Shown here: positions 28,421 to 36,966 of the stretch, piece after piece | Layout of the letters: each line of letters begins with the position of its first letter | Numbering within the stretch: position 1 is the first letter of the stretch | Assembly (NCBI GenBank): GCA_003696625.1 | Contig: RFGR01000014.1 | Span: forward strand, 15,730-79,729 | Length of the DNA: 64,000 nt | Direction of reading: 5' to 3' | Origin: Planctomycetota bacterium | GTDB lineage: Bacteria > Planctomycetota > UBA1135 | Position numbers and translations under genes: made by a program | Notes under the pieces: model-generated | The model's input: the letters and a program-made list of their open reading frames with translations, nothing else | What the model was told of the DNA's origin: nothing | Databases searched by the model: none

Positions 28421-30397
28421 ATGCGGCTCCTGCACCGGCTCACGACGATCGTCGGCCTGGCGGCCTTGATGCCCAGCCTCGGCGCCTGGGCCGGCGGCTT
28501 CTGGTGGAGGTTCCTGCTCTGGGAGCACCTTCGGCTGTTCTGGGCCGTCGGCCTGGCGGTCGCGCTGGTCGGCGCCCTGCTCGCCCGCCGTCGGCGCTGG
28601 GCGGCGTTTTGGGCCGGCGCCTCGTTGCTGAACGGGGTCCTCCTGCTGCCCTTGCTCCCGTTCCCATTCCGGGCGGAGGCGGCGCCGGCCGGCCCCGTTC
28701 TTCGCCTGGCCCACGCCAACCTCCAGGTCTCCAACCCCGAGCCCGAGCGGGCGCTGGCCTGGCTGACCCGCCTGGATCGGGACTGGGTGCTCCTTGAGGA
28801 GTGTTCGCCGGAGTGGCTGCGGCGGATCGAGGCGGCCGGCGACCGCTGGGAGGTGGCGGCCGCCGACCCGAAGGGCGACCCGACCGGGATCGCCCTGCTG
28901 GCCGCGAAGGAACCGGCGGCCGATTCCGGCTGGCGCCTGGCCTGGGCGCGGGTCGTCCAGATGAGCCCGACCTTCGGCGACCGGCCGGCGATCGAGGCCC
29001 TGTTCCAAGGCGCGGGCCGGGAGGTGGTTCTGCTCGGCTTCCACGCCCAGCGTCCGGTCAGCGAGACCGAGTCCCTCGGACAGGCCGAGGACTACGCTTG
29101 GGCCGAGGCCTGGGCCCGGCGTCAGCTGGCCGGCGGGCGGGAGCCCGTGATCCTCGGGGACTTCAACTCCACCCCCTGGGCGAGCCGGTTCCGGCGGCTT
29201 CGGCGGCGCGCCGGCCTCCGCGACAGCCTGGCCGGGCGGGGACTCCAGGGCAGCTGGCCGGTTGCTCTGCCCGGGCCGCTCCGACTGCCGATCGATCACG
29301 CCTTGGTCGGCCCGGGCCTGCGGGTGCTTGAGCGACGGCTCGGCCCCGAGATCGGTTCCGACCACCTGCCGCTGCTCCTGACGGTGGCTCTCGGGCCGGT
29401 TCGGTCGGCGCCGCGACGGGCCCCGTTCGAATCGACCGCCGGCAGCTCGTTCCGGGCGCTGGCCCGTGGAGCGGACGGCTCGCTCTGGGCCGGCGGCAGC
29501 GGCGGCGTCCTGCTCCGGAGTGCCGACGGCGGTCGGAGCTGGGAGCGGCTGCCGGCGCCCGCGGCCGCGGACGGCTCGGACTTCGACTTCCGCGATCTGG
29601 CCGTGTTCGCCGGCGGCGAGGTCTTGGCGCTGGCCTGCGGTCCCGGTTCGGCCTCACGGGTGTTCCGAAGCGTGGACGGCGGTCGGAGCTGGCAGGAGGC
29701 GCTGCGCAATCCGGATTCCGCAGGTTTCTTCGACGGCTTCGCCTTCTGGCCCGACGGCCGCGGCCTGCTCTATGGGGACCCGGTCGATGGCGTCTTCGCG
29801 GTCTGGAGGTCCCCCGACCGGGGGAGGAGCTGGGAGAGGGTGCCGCCGACCGCGATGCCGGCGGCGCTCCCGGGCGAACATGGCTTTGCGGCCAGCGGCG
29901 GCGGGATCGCCGTGGCCGGCGAGGATCGAGCCTGGTTCGTGACCGGCGGAGAGGCGGTCCGGGTTTTCCGGAGCGCCGACGGTGGCCGGAGCTGGCAGGC
30001 GGCCGAGCTGCCGCTCGCCCGGGGCCCGGCCTCGGCCGGCGCCTTCGCGGTGGCCTTCGACGAGGAGGGCCGGGGAATCGCGGTCGGCGGCGACTCCCTC
30101 CACCCGGCCCGCCCCGGCCGAATCGCGGCCTGGAGCGGGGACGGGGGCGACACTTGGCGGCCGCTTCGGCCGAGGGACGGCTTTTTCCTGTCCGGGGTGG
30201 TCTGCGCCCCGGGCGGAGGTTTCGTCGCCGTCGGTCCGGTGGGGGGGCTCCGGTTCGATGCCCGGGGTGAGGAGCTGGGAGGGTTCCTCCCCGGAGGAAA
30301 CGTGCTCCTGCTCGGAGAGGGGGGCCGGCGGGGGTGGGTGGCCGGTCCGGCGGGAATCCTGTTGGAGATTCCAGGGCGGACGAGTTGGGCAGAATGA
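28421..30397 (+). CDS. membrane-anchored endonuclease/exonuclease/phosphatase (EEP) domain fused to a BNR/Asp-box beta-propeller
   Basis: 658-aa ORF. ~3 N-terminal TM helices. The EEP core runs LRLAHANLQV ... ILGDFNSTPW ... IDHALV ... GSDHLPLL. The C-terminal half has repeated S-x-D-G-G-x-S/T-W Asp-boxes (SADGGRSWE, SVDGGRSWQ, SPDRGRSWE, SADGGRSWQ, SGDGGDTWR). Confidence 0.8.
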   Translation: MRLLHRLTTIVGLAALMPSLGAWAGGFWWRFLLWEHLRLFWAVGLAVALVGALLARRRRWAAFWAGASLLNGVLLLPLLPFPFRAEAAPAGPVLRLAHANLQVSNPEPERALAWLTRLDRDWVLLEECSPEWLRRIEAAGDRWEVAAADPKGDPTGIALLAAKEPAADSGWRLAWARVVQMSPTFGDRPAIEALFQGAGREVVLLGFHAQRPVSETESLGQAEDYAWAEAWARRQLAGGREPVILGDFNSTPWASRFRRLRRRAGLRDSLAGRGLQGSWPVALPGPLRLPIDHALVGPGLRVLERRLGPEIGSDHLPLLLTVALGPVRSAPRRAPFESTAGSSFRALARGADGSLWAGGSGGVLLRSADGGRSWERLPAPAAADGSDFDFRDLAVFAGGEVLALACGPGSASRVFRSVDGGRSWQEALRNPDSAGFFDGFAFWPDGRGLLYGDPVDGVFAVWRSPDRGRSWERVPPTAMPAALPGEHGFAASGGGIAVAGEDRAWFVTGGEAVRVFRSADGGRSWQAAELPLARGPASAGAFAVAFDEEGRGIAVGGDSLHPARPGRIAAWSGDGGDTWRPLRPRDGFFLSGVVCAPGGGFVAVGPVGGLRFDARGEELGGFLPGGNVLLLGEGGRRGWVAGPAGILLEIPGRTSWAE

Positions 30398-30439
30398 TTC
30401 CCTAGACGGGAATCCGACATCCTGATGCGAGATCAGGAT
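30396..30439 (+). terminator. two tandem hairpins after the EEP-BNR gene (probable terminator, no strong U-tract)
   Basis: GATTCCC-tagac-GGGAATC (30396..30414, overlaps the stop codon) and ATCCTGAT-gcgag-ATCAGGAT (30419..30439). Confidence 0.4.
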
Positions 30440-30562
30440 TCGTTGCCCTCCAGGCAGTTTCAGAATCCACCGATTCAGATCCTGGTCATCTCAGCCTCCT
30501 GGGGTTAAGGAAAACCCAAACGGGACGCCGGAGGCGTTCCGGGCAGATCTGTCCCTCCCATC

Positions 30563-31432
30563 ATGAACCGCTCCACCCGATTCCGTTCGGGAGCCCTGGC
30601 GGCCCTGCCGCTGCTCCTGGCTCTGCCGGCCTTCGCGCCCTCCGGGAACCCCGCCTTCGACCAGGCTCCGGCCCGGGTCGTCGGCGCCGCGGTCCCCGGA
30701 GGTCTCCGTGTGGCCGTTACCATCCCCTCGGCCAACAAGGTCGTGCTCCTGGACCAGACCGGCCGGACTCTGAAGGAATTCGACCCGATCCCCGAGCCCG
30801 TCGGCCTCGGCGCCGGCGGCGGGCGGGTCTACGTCGGATCCTCCGCCCACGGCTCGGTCCAGGTCTTCGACCTCCAGGCCCGACCCCAGGGAGTGCTCGG
30901 CGCCGGCAACGGCGAGTTCGAGCGCCCGACCGACATCGCCGTCTCGCCGGTCGACGGCCGGGTCTTCGTGGTCGACGCCGGCCGGGCCGAGATCCGCGGC
31001 TTCGACCCCGCTACCGGGCAGGAGGTGGCCCGGATCGGCGACGGCGTCCTGAGCCAGCCCTCGGCGGTGGCGATCGCCGCCGACGGAACGATCTTCACCG
31101 GCGACCTGGTCCGCGGGGTAGTTGATCGTTTCGATGCCGCCGGCAATCACCTCGGCAGCTTCACTACTTTCGGCAGCAACCCCGGCCAGACCGTCCGGCC
31201 GACCGGGATCGCCTTCGACGCCCGCGGCCGGGTCTACGTGGTCGACACCTACCTCGACCAGGTGGACGTCTACCAGGCCGACGGCACCTTCATCACCACC
31301 CTGGGCGCCTTCGGCAACGGTCAGGGCCTGATGATGAACCCGCTCGACGTCTGGGTCAGCCCGACCAATGGCGCCGTCCTCGTAACCGACCTCGGCGACT
31401 GGGAGCTCGAGGTCTTCCCCGCGGTTCCGTGA
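30563..31432 (+). CDS. exported NHL-repeat beta-propeller protein
   Basis: 289-aa ORF with a signal peptide. Five to six repeats of the NHL type (F-x-x-P-x-G/D-I-A-V-x-x-D-G-x-V/I-Y/F-V-x-D), e.g. FERPTDIAVSPVDGRVFVVD, LSQPSAVAIAADGTIFTGD, TVRPTGIAFDARGRVYVVD, LMMNPLDVWVSPTNGAVLVTD. Confidence 0.85.
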   Translation: MNRSTRFRSGALAALPLLLALPAFAPSGNPAFDQAPARVVGAAVPGGLRVAVTIPSANKVVLLDQTGRTLKEFDPIPEPVGLGAGGGRVYVGSSAHGSVQVFDLQARPQGVLGAGNGEFERPTDIAVSPVDGRVFVVDAGRAEIRGFDPATGQEVARIGDGVLSQPSAVAIAADGTIFTGDLVRGVVDRFDAAGNHLGSFTTFGSNPGQTVRPTGIAFDARGRVYVVDTYLDQVDVYQADGTFITTLGAFGNGQGLMMNPLDVWVSPTNGAVLVTDLGDWELEVFPAVP

Positions 31433-31449
31433 GCCTGGAGGAGCCGACC

Positions 31450-33321
31450 ATGATCCGCACCGCGATCCTCTTCCTGGCGCTGGCCGCGCCGCTCGCCGCC
31501 CAGGACGCCCCGCACAACGCGACCAACGGCATCGACTGCTTCAGTTGTCACGTGATGCACAACGCGCCCGGGGCCCACTACACGAACACCCAGGGGGCGA
31601 TCAACCTGTGCATGTCCTGCCACAACCCGCTCGGGGTTTTGCCGGTCTCGACCCACTCGCCGGGCGGCAACGACATCGCCTGCACCCAGTGTCACAACCC
31701 GCACACCCAGGAGCAGACGGCGACCTACGGCTCGACCTTCTCGTTCCTGATCCGGACCGTCATCGACACCCCGAACAGCGGCAAGCTCCCGGTCAAGCTG
31801 ATGGGACCGACCGGGCCGAACAGCTTCGCCGACGGCGACACCACCTATGACGGCGTCTGCGAGGTCTGCCACACGGCCACCGCGCACCACCGGAACAACC
31901 CGAGCGGCGACCACCTGCACAACGCCGGCGCCGACTGCACCCAGTGCCACCCGCACGAGGACGGCTTCCAGCCGACCGGCGGCGATTGCCTGGCCTGCCA
32001 CAACCAGCCGCAACCGCCCGGCCAAGGCTACCGGCGCCAGGTGGTCGAAAACAACGGCGACGGCAACGGCGACTTCGTCAAGCCGGTGCACCACGTCGAC
32101 GACGGCTCCGGTAACGAGGCCGTCACCGCCGGCGACTGCACCACCTGCCACGACCAGAGCAACCACCAATCCAACCCGGATCCGGAGGTGCTGCTCAACG
32201 ACGTCGACGGCGGTCCGTCGATCCGCTTCGACGGCTCCCACGATTCGCTCACTCCGTTCTGCCTCGCCTGCCACGACGCGGATCACGCCGGCGGCAACGC
32301 CCAGCCCTTCACCACCCCGGGCACCCCGCCGGACATCGAGCAGCACTGGAGCAACCCGTCGCGGCACAGCGTCGAGGCCCTCGGCGCCAAGTGCTGGACC
32401 TGCCACCAGAACGCCCACGGCTCCGACAACCCGCACTTCGCCGTGGCCCTCGAGGAGAGCCTCTGCCTCGGCTGCCACTCGGGCGTGGTCGGCTCGGTCA
32501 ACATCGGCAACGAGCTGGCTAAGACCTACAACCACCCGGTGCAGCTCTACAGCGGCACCCACACCACCGGCGAGGATCCTCTGACCATGCCGCGGCACGT
32601 CGAGTGCGAGGACTGCCACAACCCGCACGCCGCCAACACCCTGCTCACGGCGCCGGCGCCGGCCACTCCGGGCGGTCTGCTCGGCGTGAACGGGGTCGAC
32701 ACCAACGGCGCGGTGGTGGCCGAGGCGGCCAACGGCTACGAGGTCTGCTACAAGTGCCACGCGGCCACCAACCTGGGCAACCCGGCCCTGCCGCGGGTGG
32801 AGGTGCGGACCGACGTCAGCGTCGAGTTCGACCCGGCCACTTCGGGCGGCTACCACCCGATCGAAGCCGCCGGCGCCAACTCCAGCGTGCCGAGCTTGAT
32901 CAACGGCTGGACTACCTCGAGCGTGATGCGTTGCGAGGACTGCCACGCCGGCGACAGCGGCGTCAAGGGCCCGCACGGCTCGAACAACCCGTGGATCCTG
33001 AAGAAGACCTACGTGACGGCCGACAACACCGCGGAGAGCGCCGCCAACTACGCCCTCTGCTATGAGTGCCACAGCCGCGCCTCGATCTTGGGCAACAACA
33101 GCTTCAAAAAGCACAGCCTGCACATCAGCGGCGAGAAGGCGCCCTGCTCGGTCTGCCACGACGGCCACGCCAGCAGCGGGAACCACCTGATCAACTTCCG
33201 CACCGATGTCGTCAGTCCGAACTCGCAGGGCAAGCTCGAGTTCATCGACGACGGCAACGGCATGCACGGCACCTGCAACCTCCGGTGCCACGGCAAGGAC
33301 CACCGGGGCAAGAGCTACTGA
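31450..33321 (+). CDS. exported multihaem c-type cytochrome (15 CxxCH + 1 CxxxCH)
   Basis: The track ORF starts at GTG 31429. ATG 31450 is preferred because GGAGGAG sits 7 nt upstream and MIRTAILFLALAAPLAAQ is a signal peptide. I counted CFSCH, CMSCH, CTQCH, CEVCH, CTQCH, CLACH, CTTCH, CLACH, CWTCH, CLGCH, CEDCH, CYKCH, CEDCH, CYECH, CSVCH and a terminal CNLRCH. Confidence 0.9.
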   Translation: MIRTAILFLALAAPLAAQDAPHNATNGIDCFSCHVMHNAPGAHYTNTQGAINLCMSCHNPLGVLPVSTHSPGGNDIACTQCHNPHTQEQTATYGSTFSFLIRTVIDTPNSGKLPVKLMGPTGPNSFADGDTTYDGVCEVCHTATAHHRNNPSGDHLHNAGADCTQCHPHEDGFQPTGGDCLACHNQPQPPGQGYRRQVVENNGDGNGDFVKPVHHVDDGSGNEAVTAGDCTTCHDQSNHQSNPDPEVLLNDVDGGPSIRFDGSHDSLTPFCLACHDADHAGGNAQPFTTPGTPPDIEQHWSNPSRHSVEALGAKCWTCHQNAHGSDNPHFAVALEESLCLGCHSGVVGSVNIGNELAKTYNHPVQLYSGTHTTGEDPLTMPRHVECEDCHNPHAANTLLTAPAPATPGGLLGVNGVDTNGAVVAEAANGYEVCYKCHAATNLGNPALPRVEVRTDVSVEFDPATSGGYHPIEAAGANSSVPSLINGWTTSSVMRCEDCHAGDSGVKGPHGSNNPWILKKTYVTADNTAESAANYALCYECHSRASILGNNSFKKHSLHISGEKAPCSVCHDGHASSGNHLINFRTDVVSPNSQGKLEFIDDGNGMHGTCNLRCHGKDHRGKSY

Positions 33322-33342
33322 GCGATCCTGCCGCCGGTCGAG

Positions 33343-33372
33343 GAGCCGGGTGCCCGGACGGGCGCCCGGCTC
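33343..33372. terminator. GC-rich hairpin between convergent genes
   Basis: GAGCCGGGTGCC / GGCGCCCGGCTC arms (one G-U pair), followed by CCGCCGTTTCG. Confidence 0.5.
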
Positions 33373-33466
33373 CCGCCGTTTCGCCCCCTGCTCGAGACCG
33401 ACCATCGCGGTCCCTGCGCCGGCGGCGCCGACCGCGACGGATGCCCGCTCTGCGGCGGCCCGCTCC

Positions 33467-35251
33467 TTATCCGCCCACCTGGTCGGCCGCTGTCACCTCG
33501 GCCGAGCGGTCGTCGGCCTTCTCGGCTTGGTATCGGACGCGGAGGGTGCCCCCGCCGCGGACGATCCACTGACAACGGACCCGGCCGCGGCCGGGGACGC
33601 CTTCCTCGAGCAGCAGCCGGTGCGGCTCGCTGTCGGCCATGGCGAAACGCTGCGGCCGGAAGCGGTCCGCGAGCCGGCCGCCGGCCAGGACCTGAACCCC
33701 GTCGCCCTCGAGCACGACGAGGTCAGGGCGGCCGATGTGGTTGCGGGCCGCCCAGGCCGAGCGGCTGGGCAGGACGGCCTTGTTCTCGAGCACCGCCACC
33801 ACCCGGCGCAGACCGCCGCCGAGGTCCTCGGCCGTGGCCGACACGATCTCGACCCGGGGCATCTCCTCGGCGTGGCGGGCGCAGAACATGGCGTTGCGGT
33901 GCAGCATCTCCTCGATCATGAAGCTGGGCGCCACCCGGCCGTGCTGCCGCTTGAAGCCGCCGATCTCGATCGTGCCGTAGAGCGGGTGCTCGACCTCGTG
34001 CCAGTCGATCCAGACGTCGCCGAGCATGACCGAGTCGTTCCAATCGAGCTGGTTGCGGCGGTTGGTGGCGTACCAATTCTCGCCGGTCCGCTCGCGGGTG
34101 CCGCCGAAGTACTGGGGACTGGCCCAGAGTTCGTTCGAGAACGAGAAGACCCCCAGCCCCTCGTAGACCCAGTTCACGAAGCCGCCGTGGACCGGGTACA
34201 GGTCCTGCCAGAGGATCATGTAGCGGTAGAAGGGAAGCATCAGCTCTCCCTCTTCACCCAGCTCGTCGTAGGCGGCGACGTCCGCGGCCGGATAGGGACC
34301 GATCGACTCCTGGCCGGGGCCGCGCAGGATCATCCCGCCCGAGTTGTGGAAGCTCTGGGCGGCGGCGACGTTGGGGTGGGCGAGGAGGAAGTCGGCGATG
34401 GCCCGGGTCTCCGGGAAGCAGAGCGGGTAGTCGCCGGCGCCGTACTGGATGTGCGGCGGCTGCCAGTCGGACGGCCAGTTGCGGTTCATGTCGTAGCCGC
34501 CGGGGCCGTCCTCGTTGATCCGGCCGTCGCCGTCGTTGTCGATCCCCTCCGAGCCGAGGAGGAGCCAGTCGCCCTGCTTGTCGGTGCCGCGCACCGGCAG
34601 GAGGATGCGCGGGTCGTCCGGATCCTGGTAGTGGGTGCCCTCGCCGAGCGGCACCCGCTTGCGCATCATGCCGATCTCGCCGTCGCCGTCGAGGTCGTCG
34701 TAGCCGTCCTCGTCGACCAGGCCGTCGCGGTCGTTGTCGTAGGGTCGCTTGCCGCTGCGGGAGCTGGAGGCCGTGTTCGGAGCGTCGAACCAGTGGTCGC
34801 GGCCGTCCGGATTCTGGCTGGGCAGGATGTAGAAGGCGCGCTCGTCGAGCAGCTTCCGCGCCCGCTCGTTGGTCTCGTAGTGTTCGAGCAGCCACCAGGC
34901 GAGATAGAGGGCCGCCTCGCCGCCCTGGACCTCGTTGCCGTGGACGTTGCCGTCCACCCACATCGCCACCTTGTCGTCGGCGGCGCCGGTGGCCTGGTTG
35001 GTGAGCGCCATCAGGACCATCGGTCGCCCCTCGTAGCTGCGGCCGATCTCGCGCAGTTCGACGAAGCCGGGCCAGGTGTCGCGCATCCGCTCCATCCAGG
35101 CGTTCAGCTCGGCGTGGCGGTAGTAGCGGTTCCAGGGGATCTCGAGCTTCGGCTGCCAAGTGCCGCCGGCTTCCTGGGCGGCGACGGGGACGACGCAGGC
35201 GGCGGCGAGGCCGGCCGCGAGCAGAGTGGTGCGAGCGGGACGACGCATCAT
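33467..35251 (-). CDS. secreted M14-family zinc carboxypeptidase (catalytic residues present)
   Basis: C-terminal 594 aa of track ORF 33467..35572. The MMRRPARTT... start (ATG 35251) overlaps the upstream stop as ATGA. Zinc motif VDGNVHGNEVQG (HxxE), second His in QSFHNSGGMILRGP, Glu in FSFSNELW. Asp-rich inserts DNDRDGLVDEDGYDDLDGDGE and IDNDGDGRINEDGPGGYDMNRNW. Confidence 0.85.
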   Translation of the reverse strand: MMRRPARTTLLAAGLAAACVVPVAAQEAGGTWQPKLEIPWNRYYRHAELNAWMERMRDTWPGFVELREIGRSYEGRPMVLMALTNQATGAADDKVAMWVDGNVHGNEVQGGEAALYLAWWLLEHYETNERARKLLDERAFYILPSQNPDGRDHWFDAPNTASSSRSGKRPYDNDRDGLVDEDGYDDLDGDGEIGMMRKRVPLGEGTHYQDPDDPRILLPVRGTDKQGDWLLLGSEGIDNDGDGRINEDGPGGYDMNRNWPSDWQPPHIQYGAGDYPLCFPETRAIADFLLAHPNVAAAQSFHNSGGMILRGPGQESIGPYPAADVAAYDELGEEGELMLPFYRYMILWQDLYPVHGGFVNWVYEGLGVFSFSNELWASPQYFGGTRERTGENWYATNRRNQLDWNDSVMLGDVWIDWHEVEHPLYGTIEIGGFKRQHGRVAPSFMIEEMLHRNAMFCARHAEEMPRVEIVSATAEDLGGGLRRVVAVLENKAVLPSRSAWAARNHIGRPDLVVLEGDGVQVLAGGRLADRFRPQRFAMADSEPHRLLLEEGVPGRGRVRCQWIVRGGGTLRVRYQAEKADDRSAEVTAADQVGG

Positions 35252-36885
35252 TCGACCTCCAGCGCCGCATCGACGCTGCCGGCGGTGAGGGATTCGGCGT
35301 GGATCCGGGCCGGCCCGGATCCGAGCGGCAGGCGGTAGAGCCAGCGGAACTCCTGGTGGCCGCCGAGGCCGGCCAGGCGCTCGGCGAACAGGCGGTCGCG
35401 GCCGCCGAGGAGGACGCCGCCCTCGGGAAGCTGCAGCTCGATTCGGATGCGGGGCAGGCGGCCGGTACGCCGACCCATCTCGGTCACGGTCGGCAGCAGG
35501 CCGGTGTTCACCAGGGTGGCGCGGGCCTCGCACACCCCTTCGCCGAGATCGTGGACCTCGATGCCGCTCCACTCGAGTCGGGCGAAGTCATCGGCCAGCG
35601 AGGCCAGGAAACCGGCCCAGGTTTCGGTCAGCGCCGGGATCCGCTCCACCGGCGGGTTGTCGCGCACGAGCGGCTTCCAGCCGCCGATTTCGACCGGGCC
35701 GAGCTGGGGGTGGTCGAAGGGGCGCCAGGACACGAAGCCGGCGCCGCCGTAGGCGGCGTCGTTCCAGGCCAGGAGGTCCGCCTCGGTGGGTTCGTCGCCC
35801 TCGCCGGCCGGCGGCGACCAGAGGGCCGACTCGAGCACCAGGCGGCCGGCCTGGAACCGCGCCCAGTCGGCGAAACCGCCCGAACCATGCGGAGCCGAGC
35901 GGGGCTTCGTCCTCGGCGGCCCTTGCTCCCCATCCTTCGCCTCGGGGTAGAGGCGCTCGGCCAGCAGCCGGATCAGGTCCGCGTCCTCCTTCGGCGGCTC
36001 GGTCGAGTCGGGGCCCGGCTCGGCCACGCCTTCGGCCGGCCGGGCGAGGCCGTCCTCGGCCCCGAAGACCAGGACGACGGCGATGTTCGGACGCTCGAGG
36101 ACGAAATCGGCCAGGGCGCGGTTCAACGGTTCGCTGAGCGGGTAGGGGCCGGCGGCGGGCTCGTGCTCCCGCCAGCGGTGCGGCCAGTTCGCTTCCAGGC
36201 GGACGCCGCCCGGCCCGTCCTCGTTGAAGGCGCGGTCGCCGTCCTCGTCCAGGCCTTCGTCCAGCAGCCGCGACGTGGGCCGGTCACCGTGGGCGGGATC
36301 GGCCCGTCGCATGGCCCGGTCGTCGTTCGGGTCGGCCAGCCAGTCGCCGGCCGGGTCCGGGATCCGCATCTTCAGGACGAGACCGTCGCCGTCGAGATCG
36401 TCGGGCGGGTCCTCGTCGGAGCGGGCGTCGTGGTCCTCGTCGACCGGCGCCCCGCGCCAGGCGAAGCCGTCGGCCAGAAGGTGGGCGCTGGCGTCGGGGT
36501 TGGCGACCGGCACCAGGTAGACCGTGGCGGCCTCGAGTAGGGGCGAGCTGCCTGCCGCCAGCTCCTGGGCCAGCCCCCAGGCGACCTGCGAGGCCACCGG
36601 GCGGGTGCCGTCCGGATCGGCCACGACCAGCACCGCCTGCCGGCCGACCCCGCCGCGCTCGCCGAAGCCGAGGAGGAGGAGCGGCCGGTCCTCGGCCGAG
36701 CGGGCGAGTTCCCGAACCGTCACCCCGTCCTTCCCGGCCAGCTCGCCGCAGTGGGCCAGGATGTCGTCGGCGGAGAGGTAGCCGCCGGGCGGAAGAGTGT
36801 TCGTACTCTTCTGTTGGGCTGGGAGTGGAAGGAAGGTGCAAAAGGCGAAGAGGATCCCGGCGGGGAGACGGTGGAGGCTGACCAT
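35248..36885 (-). CDS. M14-like paralogue lacking the zinc ligands (probable pseudo-peptidase)
   Basis: C-terminal 545 aa of track ORF 35248..37356. Start MVSLHRLPAGILFAFCTFLPLPAQQ (ATG 36885). It is collinear with the downstream M14 gene (DEDPPDDLDGDGLVLKMR, LDEDGDRAFNEDGPGGVRLEANWPHRW, GGWKP vs GGFKR). However, VVADPDGTRPVASQ replaces the HxxE motif and VLVFGAEDG replaces the second His. Confidence 0.75.
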   Translation of the reverse strand: MVSLHRLPAGILFAFCTFLPLPAQQKSTNTLPPGGYLSADDILAHCGELAGKDGVTVRELARSAEDRPLLLLGFGERGGVGRQAVLVVADPDGTRPVASQVAWGLAQELAAGSSPLLEAATVYLVPVANPDASAHLLADGFAWRGAPVDEDHDARSDEDPPDDLDGDGLVLKMRIPDPAGDWLADPNDDRAMRRADPAHGDRPTSRLLDEGLDEDGDRAFNEDGPGGVRLEANWPHRWREHEPAAGPYPLSEPLNRALADFVLERPNIAVVLVFGAEDGLARPAEGVAEPGPDSTEPPKEDADLIRLLAERLYPEAKDGEQGPPRTKPRSAPHGSGGFADWARFQAGRLVLESALWSPPAGEGDEPTEADLLAWNDAAYGGAGFVSWRPFDHPQLGPVEIGGWKPLVRDNPPVERIPALTETWAGFLASLADDFARLEWSGIEVHDLGEGVCEARATLVNTGLLPTVTEMGRRTGRLPRIRIELQLPEGGVLLGGRDRLFAERLAGLGGHQEFRWLYRLPLGSGPARIHAESLTAGSVDAALEVE

Positions 36886-36966
36886 GGGGGGAGGCGGGCA
36901 GGATGACCGCCGCGGAAAGACTACGGCGTCGGTTCCGCAGCGTAGGCTGGAAAACTCCACCCGACC

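Noticed and set aside
31429-31449. GTG 31429 (the track start) as the cytochrome start, overlapping the NHL stop.
   Set aside because: ATG 31450 has a well-spaced GGAGGAG and begins a normal signal peptide. The extra MSLEEPT would put acidic residues ahead of it.
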